A DNA stretch of 64,000 bases, taken from the NCBI GenBank assembly GCA_000320545.1, contig ADNK01001699.1, positions 79,135 through 143,134 of the forward strand. The letters run 5' to 3'. This DNA is from Bigelowiella natans CCMP2755 (Eukaryota; Protista; Cercozoa). The notes below the pieces were generated by a model, which was not told the origin of the DNA, ran no database searches, and saw only the letters and a program-made list of their open reading frames with translations. Position 1 is the stretch's first letter, and every line of letters starts with the position of its first letter. The position numbers and the translations under genes are program-made. This document shows, piece after piece, positions 1 through 14,100 of the stretch.

Positions 1-67
1 TATATTACTACTTTGGTTCCTTCCTACGTACCTACCTAGCTACATAATAATCTAGCTATCTACCTAC

Positions 68-280
68 CGCTTTAGTTTGAAGACTAGAAGCATCAGAACC
101 ACTACCTTGAATCAACAAACAATAGGACAACCAAACAACTACTTTGCTTGCTTGCTTGTGGTGACTACTACTGTGCCATCTGGCAGGGGGGGGGGAGGGG
201 AAGGGGGATAGTAGGCCAGTGCTAGATAGTAGTAGTATTTAGCAGCAGTGCTAGTAAATGTAGTCGGTAGGCACAGTAGC

Positions 281-314
<34 letters not shown>

Positions 315-364
315 CCGGTGGTATCTTCTGTATTTTTCATTATTATTATATATTAAATATATGC

Positions 365-403
<39 letters not shown>

Positions 404-1116
404 GTGTACAGTGTGAGATCTATACGTCTAAATAGTAACCAATCAACAGCAGCAAATAATGTATGTTCATTCATTAATCCAGAATAGTAGCAAGTAGCAG
501 CTTTCATGCTTTCTCTCCATGGCAAAATTTATATAATTTATATATAACCTGGTTCCGTGAGGCAATACGAAGCAAATTTTTCCATAGAACACAATTCAGG
601 TAACCATCTGTAAGTTAGTAATAGTAATAATAATAATAATGCTGTGCGCGAGTGGTTGAATGGATAGATAGATGATAAGAGCACATTATTACGAATGATA
701 AATGAACAATCAATGGATAGCACAGTAATAATAATAATAATAATAGTGCTGTAAATAAATGCATGATTAATGGATAGCAAACATAATACCCCCACCAAGT
801 ACTACATTATTACTATTGTCTGTCACATTATGATCTATCATTATAATCCAAGTTGTATTATACTGTTTTCTTTGTTCTTCAGTCCCAAATTCGTCGATCA
901 TCCAACAGCACATATTATGGATTGTAAGATATGCTGTTGTAGATACGCATCCCCGTGCTAAAGCCTGATTATAATAATAATTATTATTATTATTGTTTAA
1001 ATCATAATCATGATGAGACATATTTCAGGGCTGTAGTAGTATTTAACCGAACATACCGAACATACACTCTCAAACAACACTACATCGGCACTAAATTATA
1101 TATTGATGATAAGTGA

Positions 1117-1159
<43 letters not shown>

Positions 1160-1239
1160 TCACGCAATTCTTAAGCAATAAATACGTATTTAAATACAAT
1201 GTGTCATAGAAACGATAGCTATATGTGTGTGTTATGTTG

Positions 1240-1278
<39 letters not shown>

Positions 1279-1563
1279 TCAAAGATTATTGCAGCATCCT
1301 TTCTACCCAATCCACTTCCTCCAACGTCATCTTTCACGTAAACACCACCAAACCCCAAAGATGCAGCCTGGTGATAATAATAAATAATAAGCATGAGAGA
1401 GGGTATTATTATAAATGGATGAAGATCGATCGATCGTATGGCTGCTGCGTTGTTTCTGAACTGATAGTACTTGTTGTAATTGTGTGTAAGACACATAGGT
1501 AATAAGCACCTCTTGAAGAACATCAGAAGGAAATATTTTTTGTTGGTCCCACCTGTTACCAAG

Positions 1564-1606
<43 letters not shown>

Positions 1607-1784
1607 TTACTACTACTACTACTACTACTACTACTGTGAATAATAATAAATAGCAATGGAAGAAAGTTCATGATGGATGAGTCAATACTGTGAATAGTAA
1701 TAAATAGCAATGGAAGAAAGTTCATGATGGATGAATCAATAATGACACGCTGTTGGCCAATCATTCATCATCATAGTTATTATT

Positions 1785-1817
<33 letters not shown>

Positions 1818-2316
1818 AACTATGGTCAATCTTGTTGTTGATAAATCGATGGACATGTAGTGATAGTAGTAGTAGTAGTAGTACTTGTGTGCATGAGGTA
1901 ATATCTCTTTGCGTGAAAAGTCTGTCGCCACTTGTTGGAAAGCGACCTGCTCCTCATTTAAACCAACAGTATCTAATTTCACCAAGTTCAGCAGGAGGGA
2001 AGGCAGTTGCAGCAAGTTCAGGAGGAGGGGAGGCAATTGCAGTGAATGTTTGTTGTTACAATAAAGTGATCTGTGTCATCATCATCATCATCACCACCAC
2101 CACCACCACAACCATTCAAATTGCAGTGATATATGTTACTACAGCTTTTGTAAACGACGCTGCTGCTTCTTCTTCTACATATTAAGATTATGTTAACGGT
2201 TTGGCCTCACAGTCGATATTCGTAGCCATAAGTCTCTTATTTTGCAGCAGCAATGAGTGACTGGATGTTATCCTAGCAGTGCAAGCTGCTATGCTCCCAA
2301 AATGACGAATGAGCAT
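68..2316 (-). CDS. ACAD8: Isobutyryl-CoA dehydrogenase (acyl-CoA dehydrogenase family member 8), 5' part; multi-exon, continues off the left edge
   Basis: Exons joined across GT-AG introns read MLIRHFGS...NID / [30 protein letters not shown] / [14 protein letters not shown] / [30 protein letters not shown] / [33 protein letters not shown] / [20 protein letters not shown] / [12 protein letters not shown]. This matches the ACAD8 motifs ([18 protein letters not shown]). The start could alternatively be 2376. Confidence 0.9.
1633..1740. repeat. ~54-bp tandem duplication in an ACAD8 intron
   Basis: actgtgaata(a/g)taataaatagcaatggaagaaagttcatgatggatga(g/a)tcaat occurs twice head to tail. Confidence 0.85.
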
Positions 2317-2687
2317 AATTCTATAATTAGTCTGCAAAAATGAGTGTGAAGAGACGAACAAGCATGATCCTGTCATCTTCTAAGTGAATGTCACAGCGAA
2401 ATTGGTGAATAAGCTTAATTTTGTATCTCCATGATTGAACGAATGATTGTAAAATCAAAATACATCGGCATGAATCATCTGTGGGTGGGTGATTCTAGTG
2501 ATAGGAACTAGTATTGCCGATGGTGTACAACTTGTTCTTCTTCTTCTTCGTCTTCTTTTTCTTACTCTTCTTCTTCCGACAACTTCGTAGCGACGCAGCA
2601 GCCCGATGATGAATGGTGAATATTAGAACTGGCAGTAGTTGTAGTAGTATTCAATAGTATATCGATCGATGATCTACACTCCCCCCT

Positions 2688-2688
2688 C

Positions 2689-2767
<79 letters not shown>
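2688..2767. repeat. (TAG/AGT)n microsatellite, representative of many (TA)n, (AGT)n, (GA)n and (ATC)n tracts in introns and intergenic DNA at 0-7 kb and 49-58 kb
   Basis: Seen directly. Confidence 0.95.
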
Positions 2768-2768
<1 letters not shown>

Positions 2769-3377
2769 TAGTAGTGTTCGATAGTAGATCAATCGATGAT
2801 CTACACTTCGTCCCTCGGGGGGAAATGGTGGATGATACCAGGGCTGCTGGATCGATATAGATCTACAAATTGTTTAAAATTCTTATTACTGGTATTCATA
2901 TAATAATTGTAATAAAAACTAGTTGTCTCAAGCCAAGAAAGCCATGGATTTATGATCATTCTGCACAAAATAGATGGAAGTGGTACCCAAAATGAACAAA
3001 GATCCCCTACATAGATACTTGAAAATATCGATAGAGTATTGTCGCACGTATGGGCTAATAAATATCGAATGTATATCGAATAATGTGACAAATGAGGATG
3101 ATTTCAATGATTATTTATTTTCTGAATTTAAGAGGAAGATGGTTTATATTATTATGTTTTAGAGTTTATAGGAAATTATCGGTGTAAATTCTGTTCTTGC
3201 AATAATGGGCAGCTGCTGTAGTTTTAACTCGACCAGTATGGTAAACCGAATGCTTTTGACAAGGACGACAATCATTTTCCTGTCTTAAGCCGTAAAACGT
3301 CGATATCCGCAGAAACCTCGCTCCGTTCCCCCCCGGATAATCATACGAAAATCTATCAGCACGTTTAAAGATCTGCT

Positions 3378-6110
3378 ATGAACGACAACGGGGGAGAAGG
3401 AAGAACGCTCGATGAGGTTCAGAATGCTGTCCTCTTAGCTCTTAAAGAAGGAATCCAATCAAAGGACACACAAAAACTTGAAAAGGCGTTAAACAGAGCA
3501 GAAGAATTAAATGTTGAAGAAGACGATCTAGTGAATGAGGCTCGAAAGATGTTAAAAAAAATGCATGAATCCAAGGATGGCAATAGCTACGAGTTGAAGA
3601 AACAGAGACCTGGGGTACTATCTTTCCTTAAAAACTCTCATTGCTGGAACTGTGTGGCACTATTTTTCTCCTCCCTCCCCCCTCCCTGGCAACAATTGAA
3701 TAAAGGCACTCAACAAATCATTGAAACTTCTAGTTTTCCTTAGACTTCTATTTTTTCCTTAGTCGACAAATGAAGCGCCCGAAAACACTTTAGCAAGGGA
3801 ATTGGCTAAGGACCAACAAGATAATGAAGAATTCCACAATGAAAATAAGTCTTTGCAGGTGCGTCGTCGTCATCATCCGAGAGTACGTACGTTGCACCCT
3901 TTCCTTGACTAGGACATCGGATAGATTTTCTATTTCTATATAACGACAAGAATAAGTGCTACTGGCAGCTGTGGGGGACAGACACTTGTGGTAAATAATA
4001 ACGTTATTTTTTGTACAGCTGTTGCTTCAAGATCGAGAGGCCGCTTTAGCTGACGAGTTGGCTGGCCTATCACCAGAAAATAGGAAAAAACTACTCACAT
4101 TGGATCAGCATGCTGCGGATTTGTTGGCAAAGGTTGAGCCTTGATGACTGGTGTACAACATATAGGAGAGATATGACTTGAGTACAACAACATATGGAGA
4201 TGTGAAGAAGCAGAGTTGATTGTAATAAACAAATTGGGTTAATTACTACTATTTCGGCGGCATGGATGGATGAATAGGGACAAAACGATCAACATGCAGC
4301 AATTGAGGCGATGGAAATGGGGCTGGTCTTTCGTCGAAGCAACTTTGGCCTCAATAGCGTGCAGGTAAGGAGGAGGAGCATGGAAGAACAAACAACAACC
4401 GTTGTGTGGTGGTGGTGGTGGTGATGATGTAGAAGGGGTAATAATGGCACACACTCATTTTTGCAGTATTACATTCGCATTTCGTCCTCCCCCGCATGCA
4501 CTTCTTCTTCTTCTTCTTCTTCTTCGAGAATAATAATAATAATATATTGTGGGTCACCTTTCATGATGCCTCCTCAAGGGAAGGAGATACATGCCAGTCT
4601 TCAATTTAATTATAAAAGCATTATACAACAACAACAAATATTCACATATGAATTGCTGTTGTTGTTATTACTTACTTTTTGAAATATAAACGATGATGGC
4701 GAACCCTCCCCTCCTGCTGCATCATCATCATCATCATCATTATCAGGTATACGTGTATAGGGAAAAGCTGGCAAAGGAATATAATCGGATGAGCGTAATT
4801 CTGATGGAAGAATCCAACAACTTTGCTCTATGCGCGGAATACTTAGAAAAGGCCCAAATTCTGGGAGAATTATATCCAGAAGTGGTTGCAGTGACGTACA
4901 ATAATCTTGCATGCTTCTTTAGAAAGAAGGGGCAGCACAGAACAGCATTGAATTATTTACAAGAAGCACTTAATGTTGAGAAGACACTTGCTGATTCTCC
5001 AATCAACATTTCTGATACGCACTTGAATCTATGCACGGTAGTAGTAAGTAGTACTAATTGCTACGAGTAATTAGTTGTACGATCACAGTATACATACACA
5101 ATATATATGAGGGTATAATAACAGAAATAAATAATATAATGTTGGGAGGGAACATACCATTAATAACATCTAGAGTAATAGTAGTAGTATCATCAAGGGA
5201 CGTTGTTGATGCTGCTCATCTCTATTACTGTATCTCTCTCTTTCTTTCCACTTCTCTCCTCACTAATATGTTTCTTCTCTTCGTACGTAACAAATGCAAT
5301 AAATGTCTTCATTCGTTGCTCTGCTGGCTGAAGGTTTATTCCGAGCTTAAGAAGCACAAAGAGGCGCAATTTCATATAAAGATGGCCATACGGTGGGTCG
5401 TTGTGTGACTAATAGATTAATAATGAAATTCAAACTATGATAATCGTGATTTTAATGATACGTGCTGCATACTAGTCATCAAACGAAGAAGAAGAAGAAG
5501 AAGAAGAAGAAGAAAGGACTACCATGAACACATCATGTTTCGTGTCGCGCATTAAAAGTACAGACAAACAACGTGGAGGGGGGGGACAAGGACAACGATT
5601 ATCTTGCCCTTGAAGCAAATAAATACACCAATATCATACAAAAGAACAATTTGTTGAAATAAAAACTAGACATTTGCAACTGGAGCTCTTCGGTAGAGTG
5701 CTTGGAACTTTTGAGGATCCTACTGAAGTCGAGGTAGTAGTAGTAATAGTAGTAGTAATAGTAGTAGTATGAAATATGATAATGATGCTTCATAGCAAGT
5801 GAAAAGAGGATGATGATGAGGATGAGCAGTGTATTATCATTCATTCATTTGTTCATTGTTGTTTCTTCTTCCTAATGTCATCGTCATCGATTTACAATCA
5901 ACTCAGATGAAAAACGACAGTGTAGAAGAAGGCCGGGTGATAACATACGGTGTTGCACTGTTCAATCTTGCCGTTCAGCTTGAATTCTTAGGCAAATGGG
6001 AACAGGTGATACTACTTTCAATCCAATACCATGCATTTACTCCTTCAATCATTTTTCTGCTGATTTGATGAGCATTTGTGGCATTTTGTTGTTGTTGTTG
6101 TTGTTGTTGT

Positions 6111-6145
<35 letters not shown>

Positions 6146-6658
6146 TTAAACAAACACGATGACATTTACACTATTCAGAGAAGCTGCTAGAGAAAAAAAG
6201 CAGCAGGCTTTTTTTGTTTATTATTTTTTCTCACCTCTTTGTTGTTGTTGTTGTTGTTGATTCAACCTTATGAATCAATACTTCGCAAATATTATTATCA
6301 TAAAAATAATTTATGCAGAGTATGGACTCTTACGATAAAGCTTCCACCTTTGCTCGCTTTCACAATCTTCCAGAGCAAATACGACAGACAATAAAGGTTA
6401 GAAGTGATTGAATTCCACAAACAAAATACTAATAATATGACCTAATAAAGCACACATCTGAAACCATAGAAATACATTCTACTACTGATCAGAATGCACG
6501 GACCGCAGCATATCCGAAATTGCAAAGAAAGATATCAAAAGAGAAGTAAGTGTCCTCTTCCTCCGTAAAAGTGTATACTAATACGCAGAAATATATTATG
6601 TGGTTATAGAGAGAGTTACTCAAATACCAAGGAACACAAACAACAACGATATGATATA

Positions 6659-6694
<36 letters not shown>

Positions 6695-6708
6695 GCATAT
6701 ATTATTTA

Positions 6709-6744
<36 letters not shown>

Positions 6745-7023
6745 TGTGTGTGTTTCTTTGCGTATTGATGAAAAAAAGATACGTTCATTGGTGAATAATT
6801 GATAGTGTCGTTGATCGATCCTCTATGTAATTATTGCAGAAATATCGTGCATGTGCGTGAGCAAAGGGAAATGGCGTTGACGATCTCCAGAGCTAGAACA
6901 CCAATGAGTAAAAAAAGGCTGCAGACGGCAAGCAAAGCGAAAAGGTCGCCATCTAACATAACCGTTGATATCGAAGCGAAGCTTCGACAATGGTCTATGT
7001 ACGACAAAGCTAGTAGGAAGTAG
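3378..7023 (+). CDS. Tetratricopeptide-repeat protein (kinesin-light-chain-like TPRs) with N-terminal coiled coil; about 10 exons
   Basis: Exons at ~3378-3613, 3763-3858, 4019-4132, 4277-4364, 4747-5037 (VAVTYNNLACFFRKKGQHRTALNYLQEALNVEK...DTHLNLCT), 5334-5392 (VYSELKKHKEAQFHIKMAI), ~5890-6005 (GVALFNLAVQLEFLGKWEQ), 6319-6396, 6493-6545 and 6840-7023 (stop). A possible upstream exon starts MGSCC at 3205. Boundaries are approximate. Confidence 0.75.
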
Positions 7024-8151
7024 TAGCATCATATTGGCAGGTTTAGCTGAAATTTTTGCATTAAAATACGTAAATGCAACCTTGGAATAGCCGATCAATG
7101 TAAAGTTCTGCACTTATTATCCATTCAAATTCTACTGATATCTTACGATGCACTCTATGGGGAAAATGGCTTACACGCCCTGGCATACCTCTGGTGAAAC
7201 CATGTTCATGTGCGAAGCCTTGAACAAAAGTTCCGCGCGGGATGTCGGCTCGCCAAATAACATTTTCGAATGCCTGCTAATCGCTACCTAGATCGCCTCT
7301 CGCGATGAACACTTTAATATGGTTAGAAACTTTGTCGTCCGGCCTGGCTAGCCGGATCAACTTACTTCAATGAACACTGTGAATGTTTTACTGAAATCCA
7401 TGGACCAGTGGACAGCCCTTCCAGCTAGCTAGTTGTCCTGCTGCGCCCTTGTGAGTGGCGGCGCTAAATAGCGTCTAGCCTCAAATTCGAAGTCATTTTC
7501 TGAAGCGTGCTAGCTTGCACTTGTGTATATGCTAGCATGTGATCATTCGCATGGCCACACACTATTGGCATGTGTGCGCGCTCTAGCACTTGAAGTTTGC
7601 GTCCACAACATTCTATTAAGATGCAATGACGAAGCGCAATGCTAGAGTGGTGCACATGCTGGCTCAGAAATGATGTTTTGCGCCGCGCTAGCTAGGCAGC
7701 TATGCTAGCGCACATTTTCATGTTCCATTTTTATTTCAATCATTGCTATTTCACATTGCCACAAAAATAAAATTTTTAGCGCCACACGTGAACCCCCATC
7801 AATTTCCGCATATTCCAGCCACTCTTAGATTCATGTGTAATTCGCGCGTGCGTAGGTGTTTTATGCAAAGGCTAGAAGGGCTTCAAATTCGGTTGCGCAG
7901 TTTGTCATTTCTAGCATTTGCCAAAATCCTTGTATTAATTTTCAGAACGCTCAAAAGCACACTTTTGCTGAATGTTGATACGTACTTATTCGCCTTTGAA
8001 CTAGCTAGTTTGAGCCTCTCTTGCTATGCAAACCTGACTGGTGCCCCTGGACATTTGGGTTGTGCCATTCTAGCATTGTCATCATTTGTTCAAGAATATT
8101 TTGAGCAGATATTCAGTGCAGAATGTAGATAGCGAACTATAAGTACAACCT

Positions 8152-11100
8152 TTACTCAAAGAAACTATCGATTTCATCGTCACTAAGTGTATTATCTTCT
8201 ACTCGAGTGCCTGATGAAATGCCTCCATCAGCGTCAACGGAGCCGCAATTCTGCATCGCCCAGGTGATCTTCTTAACCATGACGTCTAATGTCGTATACT
8301 TTGGGAGTTCAATCGAGAAGCCGCAAGTATGAGCGATTGGAAACCATCCATCAGGATTACCGGCGGACCTGCTATGCCCAGTTATGTAAAATCTCTGTGA
8401 GAAATCAGACGCGCTTGTAGGCAGCCTTGATCGTCCCCAAACAAACGCTATGAATTGCGAACGCTGCTCGTCGTTGAAGACATCGCGCATCATTTTCCAG
8501 AAGTTCTTAATACATTGGTCTGTCTTTTGGTGACCAGAATAGTTGGTCATTCTCTCCAGAAGGTCACAGTCTCCTCGAGTCATTCCCCTCCCACATACTT
8601 GAATCATTATTTCCTTCCACGTGAACAACGAAGTAAATTGCAATGGTACCACCTAAATATGACGACGACGACGACGATGACGCATATCGATATTAGAGAT
8701 TTAGATAAATATTGTTGTTTCAGGAATTTGAAACGAAGAGAGCGTAGACTGACAATAGTATAAATAATGCAATCCCTTCCATATCTACTACGTACGACGA
8801 CTATGCGGAATTTTTGGTTATTGTCTTGATAACATCATATTTCTTCTCACCTCTGCAAGGCCCTTTCGGATTGCTTTTACTTGCACATCGAATTCATTGA
8901 TGCGGAAATTTAAGAGCAGCTTCATATATTCATTCCTGTTTGCCCATGAAAGTTGCTTGTTTGCACCATCTCGACATAATTCAACCTTTTTCCCATCGGA
9001 ACCCGAAATCTGCATGATTTACAAAAAATAAAAATCAAATTTATGATCGGTTGGACAACGGACGATACATGACGTGACTAAAATAAAATCTGATAATGAT
9101 GATGATGATGTGTTCTTCAAATTACTACCCACCTCGAAAAAGATGCCTTCCATCTGTTTGTCAAATAGTTCTGGTGAAGGTTTAGCTTTCTCTATGGATT
9201 TGATCTTATCGAATGTCTTAAAGCACATTTTATCAATGGCTTCTATATCCGAGGCCCCGACATGGTCATTGATGATTGGCTTCCATACAACGGAGGTAAA
9301 GTTTAAGGGAAGTAAGTTACGACTTCGTATGGCCATTCCCATCAGCCTCCCAAGAAATTGGAACATTCCAAGATGATGAGGTTGCTTAGAACTTGGCCGA
9401 GGTACAACCGCATGTCTATTCTCACCCAGTTTGTTTTTGTTGTTAGGTGACTTCATGAACAAAGGCAGTGCTGGAGACTCAACCTCCTTGCATATCTTGT
9501 CTAATGCGTCACGATACGGCCCACCTGCGTCAGCCGTGTGGAATCCAACGTACGCAACAACAAAAGCGCGTTGGTTTGGAGGGATCTTCCACATGTTATC
9601 GACATTCTTGTCCTTTGTCTGCTGGTACAATTGGCCGAAAAGCGAAATACGGCCCTTATGATCCGTTTTACGATTTTCAAAGAGCTTCCTGGCACCTATC
9701 TGGTCAAGCGATATACTCGGATTCGTACGGCTCTTTGACATGGTATCACGTAGCCCTCGGTCCCACATTTGCTTCTTCATGGCCCACAAGATCAAAGACC
9801 GCGAATTTCGAATATTTTGAGCCATACTCGAGTAACCCTTCGGGGCATTCATGTCAACAAGAGGCATGATTGTTTCCACAGTTTTGTTAAACTTGATAAG
9901 CATGCTGTACCTTGCCATCAAAGATAAAGAGCCATACTCGTACTTAGTCAAGTGAGCATTGGAAGTCAGAACAGTTTGATTAAGTTCTGATATGAACTTC
10001 AAATCGTCAGGCAACCCGTTTTTCTCGGAGTACTCGTTAAGAAGGGAGACTAGGACGAAGTCGGCTTGTTTAGTGAACATACACGTCAGCAATTTGTAAG
10101 GACTGATCGGAAGCTTTGCCTGATCCAACTTATCTTCCTTAGGTGCGAATCCCATGACTTTAACTTGGTTTAGCACTAGAGGTATCTTTGCCTTCGACAG
10201 CTGTATACGCACGAATCTCGTTGTAGGAGCCTTCTGAAGATCAAAGCGAAGGAACTGCTTCTCATTGTTGCCATCCTTACTGCTTTTTGAAGAGGAAGAT
10301 AATAATGCCGACTTTTGTTTGGCCATTGCTACCTTGACCTCACGTGGGTAATCATCTTCTTTCCGTTCTCCTTCAACATGTATAGTCTCAACCTTCAAAT
10401 CATCCACCTGCACCTCTTTCTCTTCCATCTTTACCTGTACAATACCATTGCAACGAGATCCACTCATATTCAATCCTATAATTTCATATCCAGGTTTTGC
10501 TGCGTATTCATTCGATGTACTCGCAGAGTTAAAGTTTGATCCTGCGATAAGAATCTCACGGCCTAAGCTTGTTGTGAATTTGATGCCACTGCCGATGTAG
10601 CTATTTCGAGTTTTGTGTAGAACTATCGTTATATACTCTCCCTTTTTTAATTTGAAATGGGGTTTTGCGTTCCCTCCTTGACGCCCGTACTTATTTCTTG
10701 TTGTTTTGCTTACAAATACGAGATGGTCAAGTTCTGCTCCGGCCCACCCTTCAACTCTTATCATTTTGGGAATGAACTCTTTCACTGTTTTCTTTCCTTG
10801 AATAGCCTTGACCGAAGCATAATATTTAGCTTCTTTTTGGGCTTCTGCAAGATCGATGGACTGGAATGGCTTGTTGGAACATAAGATGTTGTACCACGGT
10901 GGCAATGGAGGAGGAGCAGACTTCTTCTTCTCCTCCTCCTTGTTGTCCTCTTTTCCTTCTTCTTCCTTTTCTACAAAGAAGGAAACCCGAATGTCGTAGA
11001 GGTGGTACTCTTTCCCCAAGTCAACCTCCCAGAACGAAGAATGCCCTCCTTCTCCTCCTTCCTTAGTTTTGGAACAAGTCAGCTTGTCATTCCCTGAAAA

Positions 11101-14100
11101 GCCATCCACTGCATTATTTGCAGAGTAAATCAAATGTTTGATGTCCTGTATTCCACTGTGATGATGCGAATCTACTGCCCACGAGGGTAGTTGGGAGGTA
11201 GAGGACTGTCGTGCTCTCTTTGCTAGTGCAAGATTCATCAACATCAGCTCCTCAGACTTAGTCTTTTCCTTCTTAGGAGGCATTCCAGTAAGTTTCCAGG
11301 CGTTTTTTGGGGCCATCAGAACATTTGTTGAACATCCTATGGAGAGCGCCGGAATGAGCTCTACTCCCTTTGGCAGTCCCTTGTGTGAGCCTTGTTTCTT
11401 TCCATCAACGAAGAAACTCACTTGACCCAGGTTGGAGTCAATCACCATCTTTACCTTCCTCCGGGAGAATGAACCAAATTGTGAGAATTGAAGCCGACGA
11501 TCACTTCTGGGATTATGGCCGCCCGCATAGAATGACATTGCCCATGTTTTATCTGCCATACCCAACTGACTATCCGGATTGGTATTATTGAACGTTTTGA
11601 AGTTAGGCAGTACCACACCACATGCACCGTGGCAGCCTGCAGTAACCACCTGGAACTCGATAGAAAGAACTCCCACCTTAATACCTTTGTTTGCGGTAAT
11701 AATTTCATGTCCACACCCTCCTTGTGCGCGCTTTATCTGTACTACACTTCCTTGTTTGAATATTCCAATCTTCGTGGCTTTTTTCTTCTTTGACCAAGCA
11801 AAGCTAGTAGCATCTCCCTCTTCCCCATCACCAGACGAGGCTGCATCTTGAGACATATCATGTAATGTACTTGTTGTCCACAATTCACGAATAAAAATAT
11901 CTGACTCTTTGTGAGTTATTCCAGGCGCAGAAACAGTCTCTACTGCCGCACCCCCAATAAGAACTCTCTCAAACCATTCTTCATTTGGCGTAGGCTTTGG
12001 CGGTGAGTACACTTTTCCCAATTTAGCGGCCTTTTTCTCTGCCGCGGTCCTGGAGATTTTAGCAAGCTCAATATTGATGACGAGAAGCGAACGGAAGAGG
12101 GCAGTGAAGTTTCTCTCTTCTTGTTGTTGTTCATACAGTTGCATCATCAGCTCACGCAAGAATACAGTACGGGACATGTTGTAACTCAGATTATTGCGCT
12201 GCTTCCCTTGGAGGAGAGTTCCGAAAATCTTGAGCAGGACGAGTTGGGCTGCCCCCTTTACTCTCACTGCTGCCTCGAGGATGGCATTGATTAAAGCGGG
12301 TCCAAACAAGAGCGGTTTGAACACCTTCATCCTAGAGCCCCCATCATTCAATATATCAAGGAAGAGCTGCAAGATCCAGATTAAGACACCAGTACTTGGG
12401 GTATCACCCGAGGCAACTTGGGCAAAATTTGGTGAAGATGATGACGACGAGGAAGAGTCCTGGCTGAGATCATCTCGTGCATTAAGAAGCATAAGCTGGA
12501 ACAACGCTTCATGTATAACAGCTTCTGTTAATGGAGCATATTTGTGCAGCATTACGCTGCTGGTTTGTAGCTGAGGAGAATGATGTTTTGCTTCTCCCCC
12601 CCTCGGAGCAAAATTCTTCCACTCGGCGACCATGCGATCAGAGATAACCGTTTTAAGTGACTGCAAGGAACCTTGGAGCTGCGCGCATTCTAGAGTCCTC
12701 AAGAGTTCTACAAGCTGTTTAGGACTGATCGGAAGTGGTTCGGTGCTTGGTAACTTAACCAGAAAAGTCGCAATCACCCTACGTGAGTACATGATTTCAA
12801 GGGCGTGATCAGTGGGAATTCGCGAGGCCAAAAGTTCTCTACGCGATTCCTCAAATGTTTCCATAGCTTTCCCAACTCGGTTGTCCTCCTCTACACGCCC
12901 TACAAACTTGGCGCTGCCTTCTCCAGCCGAGATACCTGCGATTGTCTGGCCGTCTCCACTGAGGACCAGCTTGGCATTGCTGATGAAGGGAGATATGTTC
13001 AAAATAAGGACTCCTCTGTCCAACTTCCACGTTCCAATCTGTTCGCTTTTAGCCACTTTCAGTTGCAAACTTGCAGCAAAGTCTTTTTTTAACTTGAGAG
13101 TTCCAATTTCGACTCCTTTCTTATCGCGCCAAGTCCAAGTTGCGCCGAGGTAAAAATCTTCAGATCCTGGCTCAACGACCTCGCGGAAAGTTTTGGGAAT
13201 CTTGATGTGCACAGTTTGGCGCTTTGCTGGCTGTGTTGCTACAATGGAGTTGTACAGCATGTCTGGGGTCTCATCCGACCGTAATTTTGCAAGAGGGTTA
13301 GCAGCACTGTTTGAAAGCCCTTTGACTGCGGCTTTGACCAAAATACGAATATCAGTGATGTCGATGGCCTGCGGCTTTCCCGCTGAAACATCTTTTCCTT
13401 CTTCTTTATGTTCATCAACATTATACTTTGTGTCTTCTCCTCCATCCGAGGTGTTGCTACGCACGATGGCTTTCAGCGCCTCTGAGGCTACTGCACTGCG
13501 TGTTGCATTCTTCATCTGTTGGGATTTGGCCTGTATAGTCTTCATACAAAGCCTTGGATCGAAACCAAAAGAGGATAGCGCCTTTGCATTGGCGATCATA
13601 TCGGATTGTTTGTCTTTCTCCGCAAAATCACTGCTGTTCTCAAGTAGGAGTCTCATTGTAACAATAGGTCTCATGCCAGTCTCTCTGAGGGCCTGCTCAA
13701 CCCAGTGCGAAGGAAATCCCATCCCAGTGAGCCGCGATTTCAGCTTCTTCAGAACGGCTGCCGAGGCCATGTCGTACGCATCAGCACCATCCGCAGCCTT
13801 ACCGTACTCTTTAAGCAGCGGTAGAAACTTCACGGCCCCGCGCAGTATTTGTACTCGCCGTGCATAGAGTTCCTCCCCAGGGGCAAACATGGCACCACCC
13901 TTCATAAGAGTTATGGTTTTACCCAACCTAAGAGACTGGGATTGGGATGGAGAGAGACCGCCTTTCCTAATGGAAACATAGGGCTTCTCATCCAAAGCTA
14001 CGATCACATCACCAGCTTTCGTATCAATGGATATTTTGATCCTGACCCATGTGCCTAGAGCAATCTTAGCACCAGACTCTATCCCGAAGAGCGATAACTT

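Noticed and set aside
7157-7176. Similarity of ggggaaaatggcttacac to ggggaaaatggcctgcac at ~38826
   Set aside because: Too short to establish homology by eye.
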